64,000 bases of DNA from an uncultured bacterium (GCA_903822075.1 CAIJNK010000011.1:504-64503); one strand, 5' to 3'. Counted from the first letter of the stretch, positions 42,054 to 51,836 are shown. A program made the numbers and translations. Notes: generated by a model not told the origin, from the letters alone.

Positions 42054-43130
42054 TTAGAGCTTACCTTCGGCTGCCGCTTTCATGTAGGTTGTGGTGTACG
42101 TGATTTTCACGTTCTTGGGATCACCCAGAACGGTTGCGTCCGGGAACTTGATACCGATCAGATCGGCGCTCTTCGCTCCCTGGCCCAGAAGACCCTGCGC
42201 AAAGCAGAAGTCCATCACTTGCCGACACGCTGTCTTATTCTCCGGGCTGGCCGCAAACGTTGCGCCGTCCTTGGGAGAGTAATACATAAATGTCGTCTTG
42301 AGTTGGGCCTTGAACTCAGCCACTGTGCCACCGGCAAACTTCGCCATGGCTTCAATCGCTTTGTCCGTCTGACTGCCCTGACCATTCATGACTGCCATCG
42401 TCTCGTACCAGGCGCCGACCAAGGCTTTCTTGACCGCTTCCGGCGCATCCTTCCGAATCACCATCAAATCCTGAATTTCTCCAGGGATCTCTGATGAGTC
42501 AAAGACCAAGGTGACATTCGGCAGATTACGGATGTTCATGAGTATTGGGTTCCAGGTGACACACGCCCCTTTGGAACCGGAACTCGCGAAGGTCGCGCCG
42601 ATATTTGCATCAGAAGTGTTAACTTCCTTTACATCGGAATTCTTCATTCCATGTTTCTGCAAACCACGCGACAAAGCGTAACTCGAAACGGAACCCTGAA
42701 CGATAAGTACGTCGCGGCCTTTGATGTCGGTGAATTTCTTTCCGTTCATCAGACCGACGCCGTCATTACCATTACTGTAATCGCCGACCACTTCCACCTC
42801 CGAATCCACTCCACCGACGGCGGGCATGTCCAGCGCATCCATGATAGTCATGGCGCACCCGACGGCTTCACCGGAGGTGTACTGATTGATCGAAGTGACG
42901 TAGTCATTGATGAGCACAACGTCGATCTTGACGCCGAGCTTGTCCGCCCATTTCTTCATGATGCCGGAGTCCACCATATACTGATAGGGCTCCCAGCCCG
43001 TGTAGTGGGACCAGACGTACCGATAGGTCTTGTCCGTCGACGCTTGCTTGTCTGCCGCAACGGCAGGACTCGTAAACACCGACGCCAGAACCGCCAAACC
43101 AACCACGCACAATGTAATGACTTTCTTCAT
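42054..43130 (-). CDS. ABC substrate-binding protein, urea-carboxylase-associated (putative urea/guanidine) NMT1 family
   Basis: Signal peptide; 'WSHYTGWEP...SGIMKKWADK...INDYVTSINQYT', 'GDYSNGNDG', 'IPGEIQDL'. Confidence 0.8.
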   Translation of the reverse strand: MKKVITLCVVGLAVLASVFTSPAVAADKQASTDKTYRYVWSHYTGWEPYQYMVDSGIMKKWADKLGVKIDVVLINDYVTSINQYTSGEAVGCAMTIMDALDMPAVGGVDSEVEVVGDYSNGNDGVGLMNGKKFTDIKGRDVLIVQGSVSSYALSRGLQKHGMKNSDVKEVNTSDANIGATFASSGSKGACVTWNPILMNIRNLPNVTLVFDSSEIPGEIQDLMVIRKDAPEAVKKALVGAWYETMAVMNGQGSQTDKAIEAMAKFAGGTVAEFKAQLKTTFMYYSPKDGATFAASPENKTACRQVMDFCFAQGLLGQGAKSADLIGIKFPDATVLGDPKNVKITYTTTYMKAAAEGKL

Positions 43131-43259
43131 GACGAACTACTCCTTTTCTTTTGCTTCTTTTTCTGCGTTACGTTTTACCTCGGGGAGCAACCCTGTGCTC
43201 CCCGAGGCCTTTCTCTGTTCCTTTTTCTTTCTTTTCTCTGTCTCCCCACGTACCACGGT

Positions 43260-44477
43260 TTAGGCCGCGGCCGTCGTCGGCTCGAGGTCGAGGGTGATCG
43301 CCGGACGTTTCGCGTTACCGCGTTCCATCCGTTCAATCTTCTTTTCGGCCTCATCCGCCATCCGCTTCATCTCCACCATCCGCTGCGCCATCTGAGGCAG
43401 AGCGTCCTGTTTGAACTTGGCCATCTGTTCGAAGGCCGAGTCCAGATCGGCATAAACCGACTTCAATGCTTCCATACTGATGGACTGGGTGGCGGACATC
43501 TTGAAAATTTCCGCTCCCTGAGTCTTGAGCTGCCGCGCGTTTTGCACCATGAGCTCCGCAGTGGTCTGATCCACCGCCTGAACCGAGCGCAAAACCATCC
43601 GCTGTTTCGCCAAGGCCATAGCCAAGACGACAGCGATTTCCAGCGCTCTGACCGTAATGGTCTCGCACCGCTTAGCGCCACGGATAAGCTCACGATTCGT
43701 CCGAATCGCAAACTCATACGACATGACACCCTGCTGGTTGACGGTCAGATTCTGCTGCAGGTCACCGATCCGCTGACGCAAGGTGAAGAGAATTTCTTCC
43801 TCCATAAACTTGCGCTGCTCACTGCCCGCTTCCATCTTCTCGATGGCGGCGGAGAGTTTCTCGTTGACCAACATGAGCGTCTGGATGACTTTCTGCAACC
43901 GCAGAATTTCCGAACGCATCACGATCTGGTCAGCCCGCAAGGTCTCATTGTCTCGCAACAATTCCTTGGCGCCTTCCCGGATCTGCATGACGATCGAATC
44001 AATCACCCCACCCGCGCTTTGCCACCTGGTGAAGTACGAGTTCATGGTCGTGCCCACGCCTGGAATCCAAGCAAAGGCCCTTCCAACGCCGCCCGGCTCC
44101 AAGAGCTTGTAGCGGTTCGGATTGATTTTGTCCACGTTGACCTTCAGGTCAATCAGGGACTTGGCCACCGAGCTGCCTTCCGGCTGGGAAGCCAGAACGC
44201 GGATCTGATCCTTGAGCAAACCGCTCTTGCGCGCCAAGGTTTCTTCAACATTGGCACCGGCATTCTCGACGGCGGTCCGGACTTCCTGCTGATGTGCAGG
44301 ATCCGTAACATCACCGGTGAGAAGCGACGCAGTCCATTCATCGGCCATCTTGACGACGGCTGGATCAACCTGCTGTGACGCAAGCTGATTGGCGCCCACA
44401 AAACCAAGATCACTCTGGATCTGGCTGGCCTGCGGAACCGCTAACGGCTTCGTGTCTTCCTGAACTTGAACTGGCAT
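43260..44477 (-). CDS. Toxic anion resistance protein (TelA/KlaB family)
   Basis: About 400 aa all-helical; 'ELLRDNETL', 'LRQRIGDLQQ', 'RTNRELIRG', 'SISMEALKSVY'. Confidence 0.8.
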   Translation of the reverse strand: MPVQVQEDTKPLAVPQASQIQSDLGFVGANQLASQQVDPAVVKMADEWTASLLTGDVTDPAHQQEVRTAVENAGANVEETLARKSGLLKDQIRVLASQPEGSSVAKSLIDLKVNVDKINPNRYKLLEPGGVGRAFAWIPGVGTTMNSYFTRWQSAGGVIDSIVMQIREGAKELLRDNETLRADQIVMRSEILRLQKVIQTLMLVNEKLSAAIEKMEAGSEQRKFMEEEILFTLRQRIGDLQQNLTVNQQGVMSYEFAIRTNRELIRGAKRCETITVRALEIAVVLAMALAKQRMVLRSVQAVDQTTAELMVQNARQLKTQGAEIFKMSATQSISMEALKSVYADLDSAFEQMAKFKQDALPQMAQRMVEMKRMADEAEKKIERMERGNAKRPAITLDLEPTTAAA

Positions 44478-44512
44478 GATACTGTCTCCTTTTTTTCTTA
44501 CGTTTGTTTTCG

Positions 44513-45367
44513 TTACACGGACAAGGTCAGGGACTTCCCCTGGCCGGTGCGTGCCCTCTCAATCAGAGTCACCAACTCACCCATCGCCGAATCCAGATTA
44601 CCCGAAGCCGCTGAGGACTTTGTCCCGCGGATACTGGTAGCCGCTCTTCCCGCCGCATCGATCGCCGTCAGAGCCTGCTCGTTTTGAGCGAGTAAGGCAT
44701 CAACTTCAACCACACTTTCATCAAAGAGCCGCGCTCTTTCCTGAAGTGCCTTTAAAGTTATTGTATCTGACTGCCGAGGAGCTTGAAGAGCTTGGAGGGC
44801 TTTTATCCGCCCCTCCAAATCCTGACGATCAATATCGTCCATATTCGTCAGGATGGTAACGATGCGGTTCAAGTTTTCCAGTCCGGAGTTATAGACTTGC
44901 TCGGCCGTTACTTTATAACGACTGAAGGTCATCTCCGTCACCGAAAGAACCCGTTCGAGCACCGCCAACAGATTTTGAAACTTCTCTTCAAACTGGGGTA
45001 CTTGATCGTAACCCTGTTTGCATTTCAGTTTCTTCAAATCCGTACCGAGCGTGGCGAGCTTTTTCTCCTTCATGATTTCAAACTGTTCGTGGAGTTTCGC
45101 GTAATGCTGTTGCATATACTCGTCCTTCCCGCCGAAAAATTTGAGTGCCCAATTGGTGGCGCCGAATCCGACACCGCCAACGGCAATGATTCCAATAAGC
45201 AAGGCCGAGGCTGGGGAAAAAACTCCCACCGCCACAGCGCCTACTGTCCCTATGGCTAGTGGCCACAAGGTCAAAGGATGCTGAAGCGTTTCGGCTAAAG
45301 CATCTTTTCGGACCGCCCCGTCGCTGAAATCCAGCTCACTTGGGCCGCCCTCTGGAGTTTTCTTCAT
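44513..45367 (-). CDS. 2-TM plus coiled-coil protein (XpaC-like TelA partner)
   Basis: N-terminal TM hairpin then helical coiled coil, directly upstream of telA. Confidence 0.55.
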   Translation of the reverse strand: MKKTPEGGPSELDFSDGAVRKDALAETLQHPLTLWPLAIGTVGAVAVGVFSPASALLIGIIAVGGVGFGATNWALKFFGGKDEYMQQHYAKLHEQFEIMKEKKLATLGTDLKKLKCKQGYDQVPQFEEKFQNLLAVLERVLSVTEMTFSRYKVTAEQVYNSGLENLNRIVTILTNMDDIDRQDLEGRIKALQALQAPRQSDTITLKALQERARLFDESVVEVDALLAQNEQALTAIDAAGRAATSIRGTKSSAASGNLDSAMGELVTLIERARTGQGKSLTLSV

Positions 45368-45438
45368 GAATTATCCTTTCATTTACACTGTATTTCCTAC
45401 ATGAACGTCAAAGACCATTCATACTTTTTCTACCAGAC

Positions 45439-45469
45439 AGTATACACGAAATATTAAAATTGTCAAGTC
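45439..45469 (-). promoter_or_regulatory. sigma70 promoter of the XpaC-like/telA/SBP operon
   Basis: TTGACA-N16-TATACT; 29/31 identical to 51686..51716. Confidence 0.75.
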
Positions 45470-45541
45470 TTTCCAAGCATTAAAAAATACCGTACTCCCC
45501 TCGTGGAAAGTACGGTATTAGACCTCGTAATCAGGCTCTCT

Positions 45542-47164
45542 TTACCCCCTGACTTGGGTTTGTTTTTCGGCCGATAGGATCTGGTCCGCAAAGTTCGTGG
45601 TGAAGTCCCGAAGAGCTTCCGCATGATCATAGACCAAATTCTGTTTGTAGATTTTTGTCACCGCACTTACGACATCCGCCACGGTAACATTGTCAACCGG
45701 CACCTTATTCACCAGATCCCTCGTGAGAGCCAGCTCCTTGGCTTCCTCCGCTATCGCCGGGATCATGGCCCCGCTCACAATATCCGCCAAAGTGAAGAGC
45801 GTATCCTGGTCCGAGTCTCGGCGGTGAATTTTGTAAATCACCTTGTCAGGCGAAAACAAATTATCCACCACCGCTTTTGACAACTCATCCAAAGTTCCGC
45901 TAATCGGCACTCCGCGCATATTGTGCTCGAAGATTTGCTTGACCGCCAGTTGATCCGGTCGGCCAATCACAATCCCTTTGTCAAACCGCCCTGGCCGCGT
46001 AATCGCAAAATCCAGAATCTCCGGTTTGTTCGTGGCGGCAATGACCAGTGCTCCGCACTCAATCACGCCATCCATCTCTGTCAGGATTGCCGGCACTATC
46101 GTCTTCAAGACATCACTGCTGATGCCCCCTTCACGCTTGGCCATAACAGCCTCGCACTCATCGAAGAAGATAACCGCCGGAACGCCGTACTTTTCTTTGT
46201 ACTTGCGGGCTCGCGCAAAAACGTGACGAATGTAGGCTTCCCCCACCCCCACGAATTTGTCCAGAAATTCTGGACCGCGAACCAGGATGAAACCCTGCGC
46301 CGGATTTATCCCCTTGGCCTGACAGCGCTTCACAATGGAAGCATAGACCGCCTTGCCGAACATAGTCTTGCTGCAACCCGGAGGTCCGGACAACAAAATT
46401 CCTTTCGGCGGCTTTTTGCTGTAACGGGCATAGTGACTCGGGTGATCCATGATCCCCTCAACTGCTTCCTGCAGTTCCCGCTTGGGTCCGGCTTGGCCAA
46501 AGATATCATCCCAGGTGACCAGGTTTTCTGTCTGGCCAACCGCGAACGATCCATCTTCCAATCCGAAGTTTTGAATGATCACCGACAGACTGGCATCCAG
46601 GACTACCCGGCCGTTGACTTCCAACTGCCCGGCAAACTTCCCGGTTGAAACAGTCCGCAAACCGCTCTGCGCTTGCACGACGGCAAACTCTTTGGCGATA
46701 AGCTGAGTGACAAACACCACCTCGCCGGACGGATTAGCAGATTCCGTGGCAATAACCTTGAAAGTCCTCGGTTCCAACTTCAGAATGTCCCCCGGGGAAA
46801 CCTTGAAATTATTCACCGGCACTTCCATTGTCTGTCCGCTGACATTCACGACGGCCGAGGAAAACGCTTCCACACCGTCAAGCTCCAGATCGCAGGCACC
46901 ATCATCAATATCGGGATTACCGATACGGTAGCGCTGCCTGACTTCTGCCGCCCGGCCGTTAATCGGACCAAACGACACTATGACCCAGCCCGGCAATTTG
47001 GGATCCGGACCAAGAACGGTTCCCGAATCTTTCGGCGCCAGGGCATAGTACTTACTGCCGGACTGGACTCGAACCACTGCTCCTTCCGCCGACAAAACTT
47101 CCGGTGTGGCTTCCTTCTTCTGTTGGAGCAACCGCAAAATAGTTGCGTGTATCAAAGCGCTCAT
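45542..47164 (-). CDS. ARC/Mpa (proteasomal ATPase)-like AAA+ ATPase
   Basis: OB-like interdomains, GPPGCSKT, 'GPEFLDKFVG', 'VIFFDE', 'GISSDVLKTIVP', 'RPGRFD', 'SGAMI'. Confidence 0.8.
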   Translation of the reverse strand: MSALIHATILRLLQQKKEATPEVLSAEGAVVRVQSGSKYYALAPKDSGTVLGPDPKLPGWVIVSFGPINGRAAEVRQRYRIGNPDIDDGACDLELDGVEAFSSAVVNVSGQTMEVPVNNFKVSPGDILKLEPRTFKVIATESANPSGEVVFVTQLIAKEFAVVQAQSGLRTVSTGKFAGQLEVNGRVVLDASLSVIIQNFGLEDGSFAVGQTENLVTWDDIFGQAGPKRELQEAVEGIMDHPSHYARYSKKPPKGILLSGPPGCSKTMFGKAVYASIVKRCQAKGINPAQGFILVRGPEFLDKFVGVGEAYIRHVFARARKYKEKYGVPAVIFFDECEAVMAKREGGISSDVLKTIVPAILTEMDGVIECGALVIAATNKPEILDFAITRPGRFDKGIVIGRPDQLAVKQIFEHNMRGVPISGTLDELSKAVVDNLFSPDKVIYKIHRRDSDQDTLFTLADIVSGAMIPAIAEEAKELALTRDLVNKVPVDNVTVADVVSAVTKIYKQNLVYDHAEALRDFTTNFADQILSAEKQTQVRG

Positions 47165-47354
47165 AGTCTTTACCCTTTCTTATAACTGACTGACACGAGT
47201 TCATCTCAAAAAACTTCTGCCATATGTATAGCATTTATTATTGAAAAAGTCAAGACTAAATTTTTTATTAAAAAATGCCCAAATATGTAATAAAAGAACC
47301 CGTCCTGCCATCACAGCAAAACGGGTTCGCACTAACAACTTCAGACACGAAACC

Positions 47355-48926
47355 TCAGAAGGTTTCTTCCAGCAGAGATATCTGCACTCGAGGCAAACGA
47401 TAACCGTAAGCGCGATCCGATTCGTCTCTCTCCCGTGGCAGAGGTTTCTCTCCCCCATAACCCACGGATTTGATCCGATTCTCATCTAGGCTGTAAGTCA
47501 CCGTCAGATACCGTGCTACTGCTTCCGCTCGCTGTTGCGAGAGATTCTTGTTGGCATCAGGGTCACCGGAAAGTGACGTATGTCCACCAACCAAAATCCG
47601 AAACGATGGATAGTGTTTCAGCCTTTCCATGGCCGTATCCAACTTTTCCTTCTGCTCCACATCCAGATTGGCCAAACCGGTCTGAAAGACGATCGGCTCC
47701 ACCCGGATGCTACCCACAGCATGCAGTTTGTCCCACTGAGCATCGCTCAACGGTTTAAAACTATGTGCCAAGGCGGCTGTAGCATTTGTTCCTCCAGGAC
47801 TGACCAAGGCCGCAAATCCGTTCTGGATTCCGTTCTTGTAGATTTCCTGAATAAACTGACTATTCATGATCCGGTAAGGATCCTTATCTGGCAGTGGGTT
47901 ACTCTTAAAGTCCCCACTCTCAACCAGAATCGAAACCGTTGAATCAATCGTGTCTACCAGTCCTTGCTCGGCCACCTGACCCGGCCCCGACAAACCAAAC
48001 CACGAGTGACAGTTTTCGCTCAGATTCACCCAAGCGACGCCATCAAGCATTTTCTGGATCGAATCATCCGTGAGCTTAAGCTCGGTATGGATATCCTTCT
48101 TCAGCTCTTCCTGCTCGTCAGTGTAAAACTTCAAAGTTCGGAAGTAGGTCCGCAGTAGGAAATCCACACGCTCGGGATACTTGCTCGCGAACTCGCGGTT
48201 CACGACCAGAATATCCACGATCACCTTGCTCATGCTCTCCGTGCCAATGATCCGACCGACACCAGGGATCTGCAACGCTTTTGACACGTTTGGTTCCCAC
48301 AGGACGGCCACCCGCACTTTCTTGTCCCGGAGCAAGCCCAACGCTTCCTGCGAATCTTTGGTTTTCACTCGCTGTCTTTCGGGTAAATTTTTCAACCCTG
48401 GGACGTTAAAGTGAACCGGCAACGCTTTGAGCAAATGCTCACTCGGCGAACCGGAAGTGTAACCAATGGATCCGTTAAACCCATCCTGAAATGAATCCAG
48501 GTTTTTGACGAGGTTGGTGTAAGCCACCATCGCGTCATCACCTTTTGATTCATCCAGAACGGCAATGATCGTTCCGGGAAAATCCACCGGCACAGCGTTC
48601 AGAATGTACGAGTCCACGGTCACAACCGCAAAATCGTACTTCCCTTCTTTGAGAGCTTGCATCCGAGCCGGATAATCGGCACCGTCATTAACGCCGTCCA
48701 GGATGTAGCCTTCACTCCGCGCAAACTTTTTCATGCGCGAAGAAATTAGCGGATAGTACCCGATCCAATCGTCGTAGGCAATTGTGATCTTGCCTTTGAC
48801 ATCCTTGGCATCACTCGTCGCCACCTGCACTTTCTTATGCAGGACTGGTAACAAGTATTTCACTGCCGGAATAACCAGCACCGCCAGGATGATGAACCCA
48901 ACCACCAACATGGTATTCTTCTTCAC
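47355..48926 (-). CDS. NMT1/SsuA-like SBP fused to an OmpA-C peptidoglycan-binding domain
   Basis: N-terminal TM, 'DESKGDDA', 'LWEP', 'VGGHT...NKNLSQQRAEAV...GYG'; GTG start 48926. Confidence 0.85.
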   Translation of the reverse strand: MKKNTMLVVGFIILAVLVIPAVKYLLPVLHKKVQVATSDAKDVKGKITIAYDDWIGYYPLISSRMKKFARSEGYILDGVNDGADYPARMQALKEGKYDFAVVTVDSYILNAVPVDFPGTIIAVLDESKGDDAMVAYTNLVKNLDSFQDGFNGSIGYTSGSPSEHLLKALPVHFNVPGLKNLPERQRVKTKDSQEALGLLRDKKVRVAVLWEPNVSKALQIPGVGRIIGTESMSKVIVDILVVNREFASKYPERVDFLLRTYFRTLKFYTDEQEELKKDIHTELKLTDDSIQKMLDGVAWVNLSENCHSWFGLSGPGQVAEQGLVDTIDSTVSILVESGDFKSNPLPDKDPYRIMNSQFIQEIYKNGIQNGFAALVSPGGTNATAALAHSFKPLSDAQWDKLHAVGSIRVEPIVFQTGLANLDVEQKEKLDTAMERLKHYPSFRILVGGHTSLSGDPDANKNLSQQRAEAVARYLTVTYSLDENRIKSVGYGGEKPLPRERDESDRAYGYRLPRVQISLLEETF

Positions 48927-49084
48927 GATTCTCTCCTTTTCTTCTGCTTTTTCTTCAGTCAAAGACCACTTCAACCACCAAAAAAATCTGGTGCAAGTAT
49001 ACACCCTTATTAAAGTTTTGTCAAGACAATAAAAAACCCCGCCAGCACATGCTAGCGGGGCTCGACTTCACCTCATCATAGAAC

Positions 49085-49804
49085 TCAGTACGTGTCGGCT
49101 TCGGCCATCACACTCTGCAACCCTTCCTCCAGATCCTTCGGACTCTGTGCGTCCTTGTAGATCGTTCGGCCGGGTTGGTTTAATGAATGCTCTGGCCCTA
49201 TCTCGAAACCGATGGTATGAATCACCACCGGCGATTCTCGGAGAATCAGGTTCACCATGTCGGTGGGGTCGTAGCCCATATTGGCCTCCCCGTCCGTCAC
49301 GATCACCAGATGATATTCTCCGTAGCCGAGCTGCCGCCGAGCTTGTGCTTTCAACGACTCGTAACCGATCTTTACAGCCTCCGACAGAGGTGTCCCTCCG
49401 TCAGCCGAAGCCGCATTGACCACCGCAAAGAATTCCTTGCGGTTGTTAACTCCGAGCGGCAACCGCTCAGACAGGCCGTGACCATCAAAGATAGCCAAGC
49501 CCAGACCGGTGTCCTCCGGTATTGATTTGCCGAACTGATTGATGGCCTCTTTGGCCGCCGCAATCTTCCGACCCACCATACTGCCCGAGCAGTCAAAGAT
49601 CAGGTAGATATTCTTGCGCAGAAGATTATCCTCGAGCTTAACGCCTTTGGTATCATCCGCCTTGATCCACGTATCCTTGATCCGCCCCACAGTCTGTTTG
49701 ACCGGAGCAATCGGCGCCGATGGACTTTCCACCGGCCCGCAACCGGCACTGGCGACAATCAGCGCCAAGCCGATCAAAACGAGTTGGCAGACTTTCTTCA
49801 TCAT
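49085..49804 (-). CDS. vWA-domain lipoprotein
   Basis: Lipobox-like SAG-C; MIDAS DCSGS...GGTPL...VTDG. Confidence 0.88.
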   Translation of the reverse strand: MMKKVCQLVLIGLALIVASAGCGPVESPSAPIAPVKQTVGRIKDTWIKADDTKGVKLEDNLLRKNIYLIFDCSGSMVGRKIAAAKEAINQFGKSIPEDTGLGLAIFDGHGLSERLPLGVNNRKEFFAVVNAASADGGTPLSEAVKIGYESLKAQARRQLGYGEYHLVIVTDGEANMGYDPTDMVNLILRESPVVIHTIGFEIGPEHSLNQPGRTIYKDAQSPKDLEEGLQSVMAEADTY

Positions 49805-51528
49805 TTGCCACCTCCCGCCGGCGTGAACACTGATGCCTCCGTATCACCAACGGGAATGAGTTTGAACACGACACGCATGTTCGAGGCCCACTCTTGCTGA
49901 TTCTTTGGACGCACTGGCTCACCATTGACGAGACCCGTCTTCGGTTGCTCAAAGCCGTGACCAACCACCGCAAACTGCGACGGATCCATGACCACGGACT
50001 TGACCTTGCCATAACCAAGCAGACTTTCCCGAACTGCGATTGCTCGCGTCAGGGATAAGTTCTTGGCCGACTGGCGCAGACGGGTCAGGACGAGTTCCTG
50101 GGCACCGGCCGCTTTTTTATCCACATAGGACGTCGGGTCCGAATGTCCTTCGACAGTCAGAATCGCGCCGCCATACGTGGCTGCCAGCTCGATGGCCTTG
50201 TCAAACTCCACTTTGTAGAGGTCGGCATTGAAGGTGTTTTGGTTGGCGCCAAACAGTATTTCGAAACTGAAAATAGCACCATCGTCACCACCTTTCGTCT
50301 TCGCATCGATCACTTTGGCCACTTCAGCCGCCTGGAAACGCGGAGTTTCCACCGCCACCGTCTTGACGAGACCGTTTTTCAACGCCTCGTAATCAAAACC
50401 GGCTTTGGCAATATCCGCTTTCGCCGACATCAATCCAAGGCCAATGAAGGCTTCCTGGATCTCCGTCGACACGGTTTCCAAACGACGCACTTCCGTCGGC
50501 GTCGCGAAGAACTTGACGTTCCCCACAAAACCGGCGTACGTACAGTCGCCATACAGACCCAGAACATCATTCTTGGCTTGATCGCTATCGAGGATGATCT
50601 TACCGGACGCCGCGAGCGTTTTGTCATATTCCGCTTTCGCCGCTACCGGATCAGCCATCACCCGCGAGACGTTTTCTTCCGCCGCCAACAAGGCGTGGAC
50701 GAATTTCTGCACACTATCTTGGTGTGACCCGAGATAGTCCGCCCGAACAACGTAGACATCAAAGATGACGTTCTGCGCTACCTTGGTGGAAAACAGAATC
50801 CGCGCCCCTTTGGCCGAACCTTCCGATCCGTCACCCACTTTGCCACCGCTCGTCAGAGCATTGGCATCGGTGGAGATGACGAAACAGGCGTCCACTTTCT
50901 GATCATCAAGAAGTGCTTGGCCCGGAGTTTCCTTCGAACCAGTCAGATCCTTAACCCAGAGAACCTTCACGTCGGACATCTTCAACCCGGCGCTGTTAAG
51001 CACCGTGCCGAGAAATTCGACATGTGGACCATAAGCCTGCAAGGCAATGGTCTTCCCTTTCAGATCAGCGATCGTCGTAATCCCCGGTTTGACCACCAGG
51101 CAATCCCCACCAGTTGACCGGGTGAGATTGTAAACGACCACCGGCTTGGTCCGTGAATCTTTCGAAATCACTTCCAAGGCCATATTGATCTGACCGAGTG
51201 TTCCGCGCAGGTACGGCGTCTTGCCGCTGAGGAAACCCTCAACCTGTTTCGGGAAGTTGTCCTCGCGGACGATCTTCCATTTCAGCCCTTCTTTGTCGAA
51301 GAGACTGCCCGGCGCCGTATTCACCTGGTTGCCGTTCGCGTAGATTGTCGCGATATCGCCACCCCAAGTGATGATCCGGAGTTCTTGCACTCCACTTTCG
51401 GGCACTGGACCCACGGCTGTCCTTACGACTTCCGCGAGCGAAGGCGACTGCACATACTGCACCGCCTTGACCGACAAAGCTATGAGGCTTGCCGACAACA
51501 CCAAACATGCGATCTTCAGACTTTTCAT
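49801..51528 (-). CDS. NMT1/SsuA-like SBP fused to an OmpA-like domain
   Basis: Signal peptide, 'ITWGGD', 'STGGD', 'DLKGKTIA', 'VEGHSD...LSLTRA...GHG...NMRV'; start MKSLK at 51528. Confidence 0.85.
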   Translation of the reverse strand: MKSLKIACLVLSASLIALSVKAVQYVQSPSLAEVVRTAVGPVPESGVQELRIITWGGDIATIYANGNQVNTAPGSLFDKEGLKWKIVREDNFPKQVEGFLSGKTPYLRGTLGQINMALEVISKDSRTKPVVVYNLTRSTGGDCLVVKPGITTIADLKGKTIALQAYGPHVEFLGTVLNSAGLKMSDVKVLWVKDLTGSKETPGQALLDDQKVDACFVISTDANALTSGGKVGDGSEGSAKGARILFSTKVAQNVIFDVYVVRADYLGSHQDSVQKFVHALLAAEENVSRVMADPVAAKAEYDKTLAASGKIILDSDQAKNDVLGLYGDCTYAGFVGNVKFFATPTEVRRLETVSTEIQEAFIGLGLMSAKADIAKAGFDYEALKNGLVKTVAVETPRFQAAEVAKVIDAKTKGGDDGAIFSFEILFGANQNTFNADLYKVEFDKAIELAATYGGAILTVEGHSDPTSYVDKKAAGAQELVLTRLRQSAKNLSLTRAIAVRESLLGYGKVKSVVMDPSQFAVVGHGFEQPKTGLVNGEPVRPKNQQEWASNMRVVFKLIPVGDTEASVFTPAGGGK

Positions 51529-51685
51529 TCCGACTCCTTTTTCTCTGTTTCTATTTCGAACGTTTTTCCGACTTGCGTTACTCAAATTTATCTCCTAATC
51601 CCGACCGCTATTTGAGAAACACCTCCTTCTTACTATATTCTATGATTTGGCTATCAAAGAACGTTGATTTATTAATCTGTTAGAT

Positions 51686-51716
51686 AGTATACACGAAATA
51701 TAAATATTGTCAAGTC
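51686..51716 (-). promoter_or_regulatory. sigma70 promoter of the SBP-OmpA/vWA operon
   Basis: Near-copy of 45439..45469. Confidence 0.75.
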
Positions 51717-51836
51717 ATTATCATAATGTATAAAAAACACTTTGGTAAACTTTAAAACAAGTCAAAAGGGCTGCGACATTGTTTCAGTCGCAGCCCTTCC
51801 CTCTTTCTTCTTTGTGCTTTTCTCCCGGTCTTCCGG

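Noticed and set aside
43131-43259. Guanidine (ykkC) riboswitch expected upstream of the urea/guanidine-type SBP
   Set aside because: Only a simple GC hairpin (CCTCGGGGAGCA...TGCTCCCCGAGG) and purine tracts are present, with no recognisable ykkC-class motif. The SBP ligand stays unassigned.
42651-44378. 575-aa plus-strand ORF
   Set aside because: Antisense shadow of telA and the SBP gene, caused by codon bias; no SD, promoter or protein-like motifs.
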